Assembly: GCA_020328155.1 (NCBI GenBank)
Contig: JAIXMX010000002.1
Coordinates: 1,847-65,846, forward strand
Source: Candidatus Endomicrobiellum agilis
GTDB taxonomy: Bacteria > Elusimicrobiota > Endomicrobiia > Endomicrobiales > Endomicrobiaceae
DNA length: 64,000 bases
Reading direction: 5' to 3'
The translations under genes and the position numbers were made by a program. Under the pieces are notes generated by a model, which did not search any database, was not told the origin of the DNA, and saw nothing but the letters and a program-made list of their open reading frames with translations. Below, piece after piece: positions 38,287-48,874 of this stretch; position 1 is the first letter of the stretch; every line of letters begins with the position of its first letter.

Positions 38287-39141
38287 ATGAATAAATTTAT
38301 AAATGTAAGCAATCTTATCGATCTTGCACTGAAAGAAGATAGTGTTTTTGACGATATCACCACCAAAGAGTTTGTTCCAAGTGATAAACAAGCTAAAGCA
38401 GTTTTAATTGCAAATAATTCCGGGATTCTTTGCGGCACTGATGTTTTTATTAAGGTATTTAAAACTGTAGATGAAAAATGTAAAGTGTCGCTTAAAATAA
38501 AAGATGGTTCGCAAGTTAAACGGGGCGATAAGATTCTTGAGATTACGGGACCTGCCTGTGCAATTTTGTCCGGAGAAAGGACAGCGCTTAATTTTTTGCA
38601 GCATATGTCGGGAATTGCCACTTTGACAAATAAATTTGTAACATCTGTAAATAACAATAAAATAAAGATATATGATACGAGAAAAACTATTCCCGGATAT
38701 CGGGAACTTGCAAAATATGCGGTGAGATGTGGCGGTGGGACTAACCATAGGATAGGACTTTCTGATATGGTGCTTATAAAGGATAACCATTTAAAGCTTA
38801 CAAAGGATTTAACTGTTGAGATAAGCGAATTCAGAAAAAAATATAAAAATATTCCTGTTGAAGTTGAGTGTGAGAACATAAAACAGGTTGAATATGCTTT
38901 AGATGCAAAAGCCGACATTATAATGCTTGACAATACGGATTTTAAAAATACGAAAAAGATGATTGCTCTTATAAGGAAAAACTCTACAAAGGAATATAAA
39001 CCTGATATAGAAATTTCTGGCGGAATAAACTTGAAAACCGCAAAGAAATTTGCAAAACTTGATGTAGACAGGATTTCCATCGGAATGATTACGCATTCTT
39101 CTCCAGCCTTAGACGTTACTCTTGAGATCACAATAAAATGA
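38287..39141 (+). CDS. nadC: Nicotinate-nucleotide diphosphorylase (quinolinate phosphoribosyltransferase)
   Basis: ERTALNFLQHMSGIAT, TRKTIPGYR, RCGGGTNHRIGLSDMVLIKDNH. The ATG at 38287 is preferred over the TTG at 38269. Confidence 0.93.
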   Translation: MNKFINVSNLIDLALKEDSVFDDITTKEFVPSDKQAKAVLIANNSGILCGTDVFIKVFKTVDEKCKVSLKIKDGSQVKRGDKILEITGPACAILSGERTALNFLQHMSGIATLTNKFVTSVNNNKIKIYDTRKTIPGYRELAKYAVRCGGGTNHRIGLSDMVLIKDNHLKLTKDLTVEISEFRKKYKNIPVEVECENIKQVEYALDAKADIIMLDNTDFKNTKKMIALIRKNSTKEYKPDIEISGGINLKTAKKFAKLDVDRISIGMITHSSPALDVTLEITIK

Positions 39142-39142
39142 A

Positions 39143-40093
39143 ATGAGTATTATTGAAATTCTCTCGACAGAGAAATATATTTCCGGGAATGAAATAAGTA
39201 AATTTCTGGGAGTATCAAGAGTTGCCGTCCACAAACAAATCAACGAATTTAAAAAAATGGGATATGCAATAGGGTCCTCTTCTAAAGGTTATATTCTTAT
39301 CAAAAACGGCAAACTTCTTTTTAACGAGTATGAAATAAAAACAAATCTAAGAAAACAGCTTGATATATGTAAAACGATTAAATATTATGAGGAAATTACA
39401 TCGACGCAGACTGCCGTTAAAAAGCTTGCCGAAAAGGGTTTTGGCGAAGGGATTATTGTCGTTGCAGAAAAGCAGACTAAAGGTTATGGACGCATTAAGA
39501 GGATGTGGAATTCAAATGCTGGAGGTCTGTGGTTTTCGATGCTTTTAAAGCCCGTAATAAGTCCTGATGAATCTTCAAAGTTGTCATTGTTGTTGAGTAT
39601 TGCATTAAAGAGAATTTTTGAAAAGGAATATGGAATCGGTTCTGAAATAAAATGGCCTAACGATATTCTTATATTCGGGAAGAAAGTTGCAGGAATAATA
39701 ATAGAGATGTCCGCAGAGCAGGATGCAATAAACTGGATTGTCGCAGGTATAGGCATAAATATTAATAATAGTTTGCCCAAAAATTTAGAGAATATTTCAA
39801 TTTCTCTAAAAACAGTTTTGAAAAAGGAAATTGACAGGGCGGAATTTATGGCTGCATTTTTAACAGAATTTGAAAATTTGTATTTTGATTTTCAAAAAAA
39901 TGGATTTATACAGTTTTTGGAAGAATATAACAACAAAATCGCATATAAAGGTATGTTTGTAACCATTGATAGCGGATATGACGTAATAACTGGCAAAAAC
40001 TTTGGGATAGACGAAAATGGAAAGCTTATCTTAGAGTTGGATAATAAACTTGAAAAGATAGTATCTGGAACTCTAAGGAAAGCAGAAAAATGA
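39143..40093 (+). CDS. birA: Bifunctional biotin--[acetyl-CoA-carboxylase] ligase / repressor BirA
   Basis: N-terminal HTH (ISGNEISKFLGVSRVAVHKQINEF) and the ligase motif KGYGRIKRMWNS. Confidence 0.9.
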   Translation: MSIIEILSTEKYISGNEISKFLGVSRVAVHKQINEFKKMGYAIGSSSKGYILIKNGKLLFNEYEIKTNLRKQLDICKTIKYYEEITSTQTAVKKLAEKGFGEGIIVVAEKQTKGYGRIKRMWNSNAGGLWFSMLLKPVISPDESSKLSLLLSIALKRIFEKEYGIGSEIKWPNDILIFGKKVAGIIIEMSAEQDAINWIVAGIGININNSLPKNLENISISLKTVLKKEIDRAEFMAAFLTEFENLYFDFQKNGFIQFLEEYNNKIAYKGMFVTIDSGYDVITGKNFGIDENGKLILELDNKLEKIVSGTLRKAEK

Positions 40094-40591
40094 AATTAAA
40101 ATATATGATTCTGGTTTTGTATCCATTTTTGTTTTCTTACGTTTGTCTAAAATAAAAAATAATAATATAAATTTATACTATTGCCTTATAATTTTAAAAA
40201 CAATATGAGCTTAAGGATTTTAAATATCAAGCATTGCTGATTTTAGTAAAATAATTCTTAAGAAATATGATGTAATTACAACAAAAAATTTGTTTTATTA
40301 CTATACGCGAAGAAATATTTTATAGAATAGGCTTTCAAACAGCTTGGCGTCCTTTGTGGCGGCGAAATGGACAGACATCGAAACTCTTTGTAATTTTGTG
40401 TTTCTTTATAGAAGTCTTATGATAAATAGTATGTTAGCTTATATGCTTGAGAATATGCTAAGCAGTGTATCAGGGAATATAAACTGTATATCTTTTAAAC
40501 AATATGTCGATTAGTCTTAAGGTTTCGCGCGGGGAAACTCGTAAGATACTCTCTTTTTGAAAATAGTAGCTTTAACGAGATTTATAGTTAA

Positions 40592-40777
40592 ATGAAAAAA
40601 ATTAAGATCTTTTTCTATATCCTTTTTGCTTTAGACATTTTTGCAGGCTGTATTGTTGCAAAATTTATGAATTTATTTGCTGGAATTACTGCAGCTTCTG
40701 TTCTTCTTACTTTGAATATAACAGTTTATACTATAATTTTGAAGGTGATGAAAGTAGGTAATAATAAATCAAGGTAA
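40592..40777 (+). CDS. Small two-helix membrane protein (61 aa), hypothetical
   Basis: Two hydrophobic helices. It is an isolated ORF in a long spacer, and I recognised no homology. Confidence 0.3.
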   Translation: MKKIKIFFYILFALDIFAGCIVAKFMNLFAGITAASVLLTLNITVYTIILKVMKVGNNKSR

Positions 40778-40944
40778 AAGAGCAGTTTTGTTTACGAGGA
40801 GTTTGAAAAGTATATTCTTTGTAAATAAGCGGTTATTTTAGTCTGGATATTAATTAGGACTATACTGCTTATGTCTGTAAAAGTTTGTAATTAGAAAGTA
40901 AAAAATTAATTAAAAATCGGGAAATATGTAAAAAGGGGATTGAG

Positions 40945-41241
40945 ATGGAATTATTTAAGATGGCAAAAGAAGCGATGGCTATGAGAAGTAAAATGAGCGA
41001 TATGGATAAGAAGTTAAAAGCTCATATTATTGATGCGGAGTACAAGGGCATAAAAATACAGGTAAATGCTAAAAATGAATTTTTAAGTTTTAGTATTCCT
41101 GAAGACTTGCTTAAAGAGAATAAAACTAAGATAGAAAAACTCATATTGTCGGCTTTTGAAGCGGCGGGAAAAAAGGCGCAGAATGTTATGGCTGAAGAAG
41201 CTAAAAAACTTACTGGCACAATGAAAATACCCGGATTGTAA
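40945..41241 (+). CDS. ybaB: Nucleoid-associated protein YbaB/EbfC
   Basis: About 98 aa with the YbaB layout: an M-rich N-terminus, KIQVNAKNEFLSFSI..DLL, LILSAFEAAGKKAQ and the tail ..KIPGL. Confidence 0.8.
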   Translation: MELFKMAKEAMAMRSKMSDMDKKLKAHIIDAEYKGIKIQVNAKNEFLSFSIPEDLLKENKTKIEKLILSAFEAAGKKAQNVMAEEAKKLTGTMKIPGL

Positions 41242-41859
41242 GAATTAGCAGACAAATTGTAAACACGTATTGATAAAATGCGATAGACAATAAGCAAATT
41301 ACAAGATAGCAAGTAATGAAAAAAAGTAATTGCGGTTTCTTATGATAGTCGGTTGTGCTTATTTTAGATTGCAAAAGACGAAGACTTTCGCGCAAAAATG
41401 TTATAAAAGAAAGCAGAATCGCCATAGGAGCTACTGAAAAAACGAAAGTCTGTTGTACGAGGTTGTCCGGGAACGGAAATGCAAGAAAGTAAATTACAGA
41501 AGAAATCTTGATATGGATAATTGTAGCATTTAGCTCATTTGCACCAATTTTGATAATTGAGGAATTAATTTGAGTTTATGACGGAGGAACTTGTAAGAGA
41601 AATCGCAAGAAAGTGTTAAGAAGCTGAAAAAAGCAATCGTATCATTATCAATTTATGCTATAATGCAGCAAATTTGTACGCAAGAAATTATGCACTTCTA
41701 AGACTTGTTTGCCATAGGTGATTTTGAAGTAAACAACTAATGATGAGAGAAGGTTATGCATTATTTACGGTTTGTACGCTTAATTTATCGTCAGCGCGTA
41801 TAAAAGCGTATAATCTCCTGTTATATTTTCTTTATAGGCTTTTAAATTCTCGTACGTTC

Positions 41860-42570
41860 CTATTTAAAAATCCCTCCTGTATTCTTACACCAGAACAACA
41901 TATCCAAATGAGACATTGGAATTCCGATATTTTTTGCAAAATCCTGCATTTGCTTTTCTATTCTCAGGTATGTTTTTGCATTAAGCGTCTTAGGTATTTC
42001 TTTTATTGTGCCGTAAACTTTAAGATTTTTTAATATGTGTCTGTCCAATATGGCGAGATCTTTTCCTATGCCTATATTTCTCAAGAAGTGTCCCGCTTCT
42101 TTGTACCCTATGCCTTTAATATTGTTTATAAGCCATTCTCTCAATTCATAAGTATCTTTAAAAGATTTAAGTTTCTCTTTTATACTTATTTTACCGCTAG
42201 TCGTAAACAATTTCCTTGTTTTGACGACGTACTTTGCTTTATTGTTTCTAAATCTGACTTGTTTAATTGTTTTTGCTATATCTTCCTCTTTTGAATTAAA
42301 TATCATATTTTTGTCGGCGAGATCGTTTACTGCAGCCCAGCACGATACTGCTTTGCTCTGCGGAGTAAAAAGACAAAATACAAGTTCTGCAAAAATTTCT
42401 TCTTCAGTTCCGTTTTTCCATACGTCGTCAAAATGTTTTTCTCTGTATGAAATAAGAGGAAAAACTTTTTTCCAGAAATCTTTTAACCCTGTAATCGTAT
42501 CGGAATTGTCAGTCGGCGTCTCTAAGAAATTAATTGGTATCAAGCTATTTTTCATAAATGTATTATACAA
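41860..42570 (-). CDS. ogg: 8-oxoguanine DNA glycosylase/AP lyase, Ogg2 (archaeal/Thermotoga-type) HhH-GPD enzyme
   Basis: LVFCLFTPQSKA and the HhH-GPD segment IKGIGYKEAGHFLRNIGIGKDLAILDRHIL. Confidence 0.8.
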   Translation of the reverse strand: MYNTFMKNSLIPINFLETPTDNSDTITGLKDFWKKVFPLISYREKHFDDVWKNGTEEEIFAELVFCLFTPQSKAVSCWAAVNDLADKNMIFNSKEEDIAKTIKQVRFRNNKAKYVVKTRKLFTTSGKISIKEKLKSFKDTYELREWLINNIKGIGYKEAGHFLRNIGIGKDLAILDRHILKNLKVYGTIKEIPKTLNAKTYLRIEKQMQDFAKNIGIPMSHLDMLFWCKNTGGIFK

Positions 42571-42771
42571 AAATATATAAAATGACCATTATACGTATAT
42601 ACGTAAATGCATAACGTACTTTCTGAAACCACCGCTCCCGTAATATGAATTTTGGTGGTAATTTCCCATAAATTTCTCTACATTTTATACTATAACTGTC
42701 GTATTATATATCATTTCATGCGGTGGTTTACTTGTTAAATATGATTTGTTATAATTTCTCAATACCTAATT

Positions 42772-43182
42772 ATGATACGACTTCTTTTTATCTTAATAAT
42801 ATCCTTTTTGTTTTTAATGTCATGCTCGTCGGTTTTATTGGATTATTCGGGACGTGCGTTGGGTTTTTCTATTGAAAAATTTAAAGATGAGAAAACCGGA
42901 AGAATTGATAAAATTTTTGCGATGTCAAAGAAAGAATGTTTTGATAAAAGCCTCGTCGCGATAGAGAATATCATGGCAAAAGTTGTACATAAAAGTTTTG
43001 AAGACGGATATATAGTGGCTTTCAATTTTTCAAAGAGTTTTGATTGTTGTTTAGATTCGACCGAAGTAGGCGTTTTCATAGCGGATGTAGAAGATGGCAA
43101 TATAAAAGTTGAAGTAATTTCTAACAACAGTTTGCTGTCTAAGAGGTTTTCTGTTAAATTTTTTGAAATGCTTATAAATTGA
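42772..43182 (+). CDS. Small lipoprotein, unknown function
   Basis: Signal peptide MIRLLFILIISFLFLMSC with a lipobox-like L-M-S-C. Confidence 0.55.
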   Translation: MIRLLFILIISFLFLMSCSSVLLDYSGRALGFSIEKFKDEKTGRIDKIFAMSKKECFDKSLVAIENIMAKVVHKSFEDGYIVAFNFSKSFDCCLDSTEVGVFIADVEDGNIKVEVISNNSLLSKRFSVKFFEMLIN

Positions 43183-43226
43183 CGGGTATAAGTCGCTGCA
43201 AATCTTAAATTAGAGGGGTATTAAGT

Positions 43227-44531
43227 ATGGCAAAAGTTGTAAAAATCACAGGCAGGGAAATTATTGATTCGCGTGGGAATCCTACGGTTGAGGTTGACGT
43301 TAAACTTGAAGACGGCACATTGGGAAGAGCAGCTGTTCCGTCAGGGGCTTCAACAGGTTCAAGGGAAGCTTTAGAACTCAGAGATGGTGACAAAAGGAGA
43401 TTTGGCGGTAAAGGTGTGTTGAAAGCGGTTTCAAATATTAACAATATAATTGCTCCTAAACTCACAGGTTTTGAAATAACGAAACAGCAAGACATCGACG
43501 ATGTAATGATGAAACTTGACGGCACAGATTTTAAAAGTAATCTTGGCGCCAATGCAATTTTGGGAGTATCGCTTGCTTGTGCCAAAGCCGGTTCAAATTC
43601 AAATAAACTTCCCGTATACGAGTATGTGAGAGAAATTTACAATATTAAAAGCGACAAATATATTTTACCTGTGCCGCTTATGAATATTATCAACGGCGGA
43701 GAACATGCCGACAATAATGTTGATTTACAGGAATTTATGATTGCGCCCGTAAGCGCTCCAAATTTCCGCGAGGCTTTAAGGATGGGCTGCGAAGTTTTTC
43801 ACAGTTTAAGAAAAGTTTTAAACGAAAAAGGTTATGCGACTGGAGTCGGCGATGAAGGTGGATTTGCTCCGAATTTAAAGTCCAATGCGCAGGCTTTAGA
43901 AGTAATATGCGAAGCCGTTAAAGCGGCCGGTTACGAAATTGGTAAAGATATCGTTTTTGCTTTAGATGTTGCGGCGAGCGAACTCTATGAAAACAACAAA
44001 TATACTCTTGAAGGCGAAGTAAAAGATAAAGTAAAAACGTCAAAAGATATGATTTCTTTTTATGCAGGTCTTTTGGAAAAATATCCTGTAATATCCATAG
44101 AAGATGGATTAAGTGAGTCCGATTGGGACGGTTGGAAAGTTTTAACGGAAGAATTGAAATCGAAGCTTCAGCTTGTTGGCGACGACCTTTTTGTTACAAA
44201 TACGAAAATATTTAAAGATGGCATTGATAAAGGCATTGCAAATTCAATTCTTATAAAGGTTAATCAGATAGGTTCTCTTTCTGAAACGGTTGCTGCTGTT
44301 CAGATGGCGTATAAAGCTGGCTATACGGCGATTATGTCGCACCGTTCAGGCGAAACTGAAGATAACATTATTGCGGATTTAGCTGTTGCTCTTAATACGG
44401 GGCAGATTAAAACAGGGTCCGCATCAAGAACTGACAGAATGTGTAAGTATAATCAGCTTTTAAGAATTGAAGAAGAGCTGGGATCCAAAGCAACTTATTT
44501 AGGCAGATCTGCGTTTTCAAGCATAAAGTGA
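43227..44531 (+). CDS. eno: Enolase
   Basis: [25 protein letters not shown] and [11 protein letters not shown]. Full length, 434 aa. Confidence 0.98.
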   Translation: MAKVVKITGREIIDSRGNPTVEVDVKLEDGTLGRAAVPSGASTGSREALELRDGDKRRFGGKGVLKAVSNINNIIAPKLTGFEITKQQDIDDVMMKLDGTDFKSNLGANAILGVSLACAKAGSNSNKLPVYEYVREIYNIKSDKYILPVPLMNIINGGEHADNNVDLQEFMIAPVSAPNFREALRMGCEVFHSLRKVLNEKGYATGVGDEGGFAPNLKSNAQALEVICEAVKAAGYEIGKDIVFALDVAASELYENNKYTLEGEVKDKVKTSKDMISFYAGLLEKYPVISIEDGLSESDWDGWKVLTEELKSKLQLVGDDLFVTNTKIFKDGIDKGIANSILIKVNQIGSLSETVAAVQMAYKAGYTAIMSHRSGETEDNIIADLAVALNTGQIKTGSASRTDRMCKYNQLLRIEEELGSKATYLGRSAFSSIK

Positions 44532-44542
44532 TACGGCTTTCC

Positions 44543-44577
44543 CCATCTTCCCTTTTCTTTTTGAGAAGGGAAGATGG
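44543..44577 (+). terminator. Very stable hairpin 12 nt after the eno stop
   Basis: Perfect 12-bp stem CCATCTTCCCTT / AAGGGAAGATGG with an 11-nt loop. No T-run follows, so a terminator function is not certain. Confidence 0.45.
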
Positions 44578-44893
44578 AACTGTCTTCTATTGAGTATTTT
44601 TCTCTCCGCTTGGCAGGTAAGACGCGTATAAAAAGATGGGAAAGTATCCATATTAAAGAATTTGGTTAAAGCGATTAGGAGAAGGTGTCATTCGTGAATA
44701 TATAGAACCTTGATGTTTTGACAATGTGTGAGCCAAAGTTTGTTGTTGCCTTTGCATGTCATTGAAAAGAAGTTTGTGCTTTTTCAGAATTCTGAAGAAA
44801 GAGCAAATCTTTCAGGAATTTTGTTCTTTCAAGGAAAGTAAACTGTTCTGTTTAAAGATTGTAGAAGTAACAGATAAAAGAAGATTCCTGAAA

Positions 44894-45178
44894 ATGAGAA
44901 GATTTAAAGTTCGTTATATTATTTTTATCATTGCTATACCTGCTTTGTTGGTTTTAACTTTAAACGAGGGCAATAGAACTCTTGTAAGACGTTTTTTTGA
45001 ACAAAATAAATTAAAGAAAGATATAGAGAATGCGCGGGCTGAAAACGATTTGTTGAAAAATAGGATATATTATCTTGAAAATGAACCGTCTTATCTTGAA
45101 AGAATGGTGCGCAGCGAGTTAAAGGTTGTGTCGACAGGGGAGATAGAGTATAGATTCTCATTTAAAAATCAGGAATAA
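44894..45178 (+). CDS. ftsB: Septum formation initiator FtsB/DivIC
   Basis: The ATG at 44894 gives MRRFKVRYIIFIIAIPALLVL (TM), then a coiled coil and ..LENEPSYLERMVRSELKVV. The eno-ftsB linkage is conserved. Confidence 0.8.
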   Translation: MRRFKVRYIIFIIAIPALLVLTLNEGNRTLVRRFFEQNKLKKDIENARAENDLLKNRIYYLENEPSYLERMVRSELKVVSTGEIEYRFSFKNQE

Positions 45179-45784
45179 GAATAAGTAGTAGCAAGCAATA
45201 CTTTATGATGTAAGAACTTAATCTTTATGCTTTTTTAACTTACAAAGAAAGCCAACTTTCATATCTAAGAGATAAAAACCAAAAAAAATAGCTGTGCAGA
45301 TGAATTTTTCAGTCTGCAGGATTTTAGCGTTTTTTTGTTAATTTGCAAACAAGAAAAAGAAATCCCGCCGCTGTTTTATTTTTTTTGTTTAAATATGCGT
45401 ACTGTTTTTAAAAGCTCTAAAAATATTTTAATGGCGAATTTTTATCGTGATTTTGTCAATAGAAAAAACTTAATGATTTCTACAATATGCTTATTTTGTG
45501 GATACAGGTGCTTTAGTGCATAATCTCAACATAATTTTCCCTTTTAAATAAAGATGTTGAGATAGTGTGCTTAATAAGAATTGGATTCTTTTAGAAAATT
45601 TAGTGTTGAAAGTGGGAGAAAAGTTCTTTTATTTTGAAAATCTCGATTCTTTTGTGGCGAATTCAATGTTCTCTGAAAAAATATATATAGCGGAAAGATT
45701 TAAATAACAAAACATATTCAGAGACGCAATGTTTTCAAAAAGCGAAAGAATTGATATTATAGCTTTACTGTTGGAGACTATATA

Positions 45785-46657
45785 ATGAATGATGAAAATG
45801 TCAGTGATTTATATGTTGATATGCATGTTCACACGAATTGTTCTGACGGCGCATTTACCCCCAAAGAAGCGATTGAATATGCTTCTAAAATGAAACTTGC
45901 CGCAATAGGTATAACAGATCATGATTCTGTAGACGGCATTGATGAGGCTTTAAAAGCTGCATCAAAGACTGGACTTGAAGTTATTCCCGGAATCGAATTA
46001 TCATCTGAAATTATATCGAATTCGCAAAAGAATGAAATGCATATTTTAGGGTATTATATAGATTATAAATCTGAGAAATTGAAAGAGACTTTAACTATTT
46101 TAAAAAAAGCAAGGTATGAAAGAGCTGAGAAAATGCTTTGGAACCTTAAAAATAACGGCGCTGAGTTGAAAGATGACAGTTTTGTAAAAAAAGCCGGGAA
46201 TAGGGCTATAGGAAGACTGCATTTTGCTAAAGCATTGGTCGAAGAAAAACTTGTGGGAAGTATTGAAGAAGCGTTTCGGAGATATTTGGCAAACGATAAA
46301 CCGGCTTATGCTTCTAAACATTATGTCTCGGCGCACGATGCAATAAAACTTATTTTAAATACCGGTGGAGTGCCTGTTGTCGCGCATCCTTATTATATTA
46401 ATTATAATGATGAAAATATATTTAAACTCCTTATCAAAAGCGGACTTATGGGCATTGAAGCTTGGCATATAAAGCATTCGGAAAATATGGTGAAAAAGTT
46501 TTTAAGTCTTGCTAAAAAGTTTAATCTTGTTGCAACAGGAGGGTCGGACTGCCATGGTCCTTATAAAGAAAAACCTCCGACTATGGGCAGAATGAGAATA
46601 CCTTATTCAGTTGTGGAAAAACTTAGAAAGATTAAAGAAAAGATGGTTAAGACTTAG
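45785..46657 (+). CDS. PHP-domain metal-dependent phosphoesterase (TrpH/YciV-like)
   Basis: YVDMHVHTNCSDG, IGITDHDSVDG, VVAHP and GGSDCHG. Confidence 0.85.
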   Translation: MNDENVSDLYVDMHVHTNCSDGAFTPKEAIEYASKMKLAAIGITDHDSVDGIDEALKAASKTGLEVIPGIELSSEIISNSQKNEMHILGYYIDYKSEKLKETLTILKKARYERAEKMLWNLKNNGAELKDDSFVKKAGNRAIGRLHFAKALVEEKLVGSIEEAFRRYLANDKPAYASKHYVSAHDAIKLILNTGGVPVVAHPYYINYNDENIFKLLIKSGLMGIEAWHIKHSENMVKKFLSLAKKFNLVATGGSDCHGPYKEKPPTMGRMRIPYSVVEKLRKIKEKMVKT

Positions 46658-46938
46658 CGGTGATGTATGAAAGATGTTTGTTATTCCAAAGCGTCTCAGA
46701 CTTGTCGTTTTTTATAACAAGGAAATCTATCTTATGATTAGTGTCAGCTTTTAACGTTGTTAAATAGATATTCCGTAGTTATGGAAATATAATTTAACGC
46801 AATCTTCGGTCGCGGGCGTATCCGCTTTAAAATAAATGATAGATTGTTGAGAGAAACTTTTGAGATAGCGGGCGTGGTGAAACTTGGAAATCTCTTCTCT
46901 TGCGTGTGCAATAATGATGCACATCGAGTGTCTGAGCT

Positions 46939-48387
46939 ATGGATATAAATAAAACTATTTTTGTCAATTATTTGAGATGTCCTACTTTAGGCTGGATGAC
47001 AAAGAGAGGTATGGTTCAAAGGCTTAGCGGTTTAAATAATGAGCTTCTGAGGCTTGAACTGAGGAATATCCATAAAGTTTCACAACATCTTTTTTCGGAT
47101 ATGGTAAACGCCAAAAAATCAAGAACTGATGATTCAATATTATATGCCAAAGAATTAGTTTTAAATCCCGATGTTAAAGCAATTTGCGGAGCTTCTTTTG
47201 CTGCCGGTGGTTATTCAATAAGGGTCGATATATTACGAAAACTTGCTGATAATTCGTGGCATTTATTTGAGGTTAAAGCGGGCGGCAAATATAAGATTAG
47301 ACACATTCATGATGTGGCTTTTAACGCAATGGTTTTGGCTAAATTAGGACTTAGCGTAAGTAAGACCAGTCTTCTTTATTTATCAAATGATTATCGTCTT
47401 GGAATGGATGTATCACAGCTTTTCAAGGAATTAGACTGTACTGAAAAAGTTGGAATGAAAGTTCAGGAATTTTTAAATCTTTCAGATGAGATTCTTAAAG
47501 ATGTTAAATCTGAAAATATGCCGAAACCTTATTTAAAAAAAAGCTGTAAAAACTGTCCGATATTTGACATATGTATTAATAACAAGGATGTGAAAAACCA
47601 TATATTTGATTTGCCAAGGCTTTCTGCTCTTGCAATAGAGGAATTAATATCGTTGGGTGTGGATACAATTGATAAAATTCCGGACAATTTTGAGCTTTCG
47701 GAGATGCAGCGGATAGTTAAAAATTGTGTTTTAACAAATACAAACTATGTTTCTGAAAATTTAAAGACCGAACTTGAGAATATAAAACGTCCTTTTTATT
47801 ATCTTGATTTTGAGTCGGTGACGATGATAATGCCGTTATATCAGGATATTGCTCCACATACGCAGCTTTTGACACAATTTTCAATAGATGAAACTGATGA
47901 TGTGGGAAACATATTAAATCATTATGAGTATATTGCGGATCATACAAAAGACTGCCGTCGTGAAATTGCAGAAAAACTTATTAAGTATCTCGGAGTAGAA
48001 GGTAGTATTATAACCTATGCAAATTTTGAACGTATTGCCATATCTAAACTTGCGGGACTTTTTCCTGACTTATGCGAAAAACTTATTAAGATAGTCGGAA
48101 GAATTGTCGATTTGGAACTAGTCGTCAGAAAGAATTATTACAATATAAATTTTCACGGTCGTTCATCTATTAAAAAGATTCTTCCAGTATTAATTCCTAC
48201 AATGAGTTATGCAGATTTAGAAATAGGAGACGGCGGCGCCGCCGCCGCTGCTTTTGCTTTTATGGCAATGAAACTTTATGACGATAAAAAAATTGAAGAA
48301 ACAAAAAAGAACTTACTTAAATATTGCGCCCAAGATACTTTAGCAATGGTAAAAATCCATCAATTCTTAAAATCTCTTGTCTCTTAA
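46939..48387 (+). CDS. DUF2779-type protein: Cas4-like Fe-S PD-(D/E)xK nuclease domain fused to a DEDD-like exonuclease domain
   Basis: N-terminal YLRCPTLGW, VDIL...HLFEVKAG and C-x2-C-x5-C (SCKNCPIFDIC). The C-terminal half carries YYLDFES and YCAQDTLAMVKI. Confidence 0.7.
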   Translation: MDINKTIFVNYLRCPTLGWMTKRGMVQRLSGLNNELLRLELRNIHKVSQHLFSDMVNAKKSRTDDSILYAKELVLNPDVKAICGASFAAGGYSIRVDILRKLADNSWHLFEVKAGGKYKIRHIHDVAFNAMVLAKLGLSVSKTSLLYLSNDYRLGMDVSQLFKELDCTEKVGMKVQEFLNLSDEILKDVKSENMPKPYLKKSCKNCPIFDICINNKDVKNHIFDLPRLSALAIEELISLGVDTIDKIPDNFELSEMQRIVKNCVLTNTNYVSENLKTELENIKRPFYYLDFESVTMIMPLYQDIAPHTQLLTQFSIDETDDVGNILNHYEYIADHTKDCRREIAEKLIKYLGVEGSIITYANFERIAISKLAGLFPDLCEKLIKIVGRIVDLELVVRKNYYNINFHGRSSIKKILPVLIPTMSYADLEIGDGGAAAAAFAFMAMKLYDDKKIEETKKNLLKYCAQDTLAMVKIHQFLKSLVS

Positions 48388-48874
48388 GCTTAAGTTTGGA
48401 AAAGAAAATACAATAGAATATGCTTTTGTTGTTCTGAAAGACGAGATAGTTTTACTACAAAATCTTGAAAAATCCAAAAATATCAGGGTATTTTAAAGTT
48501 TGGTTTTTTGTAAAATAACGCATATATGCGAAATGACAAAACCTGTTAAATATTATATCATACAATTTTACCTATAAATTATGCTTTATTAATAGAATGT
48601 TTAAACGCACAGTCGGCATAGTTATTTTGTCCGTCGGCGCAGAGAGTTTTGATAATGCGGCAAAAAAATATGGTAGCCTAGACTGAAGTAAAAAACATAT
48701 ATTAGTGGATACAGAAAATGCGTTTATGAATGTTGAATCAGGCAAAATTGTAAAAGTATTAATATGATTCTTTTCCTTTCCTTATCGCTTTTAGACAGGA
48801 AATTGGCATAAGGGGGGGGATTTATTGTTGATAATAACTTATGAGCGGAAATAGAAATATAGTCGGGGGAAGTT

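Noticed and set aside
38256-39131. A 291-aa ORF on the minus strand covering the whole of nadC.
   Set aside because: The plus-strand frame carries unmistakable quinolinate phosphoribosyltransferase motifs. The antisense product is low-complexity (S/F/I/L-rich) with no motif, so it is a shadow ORF.
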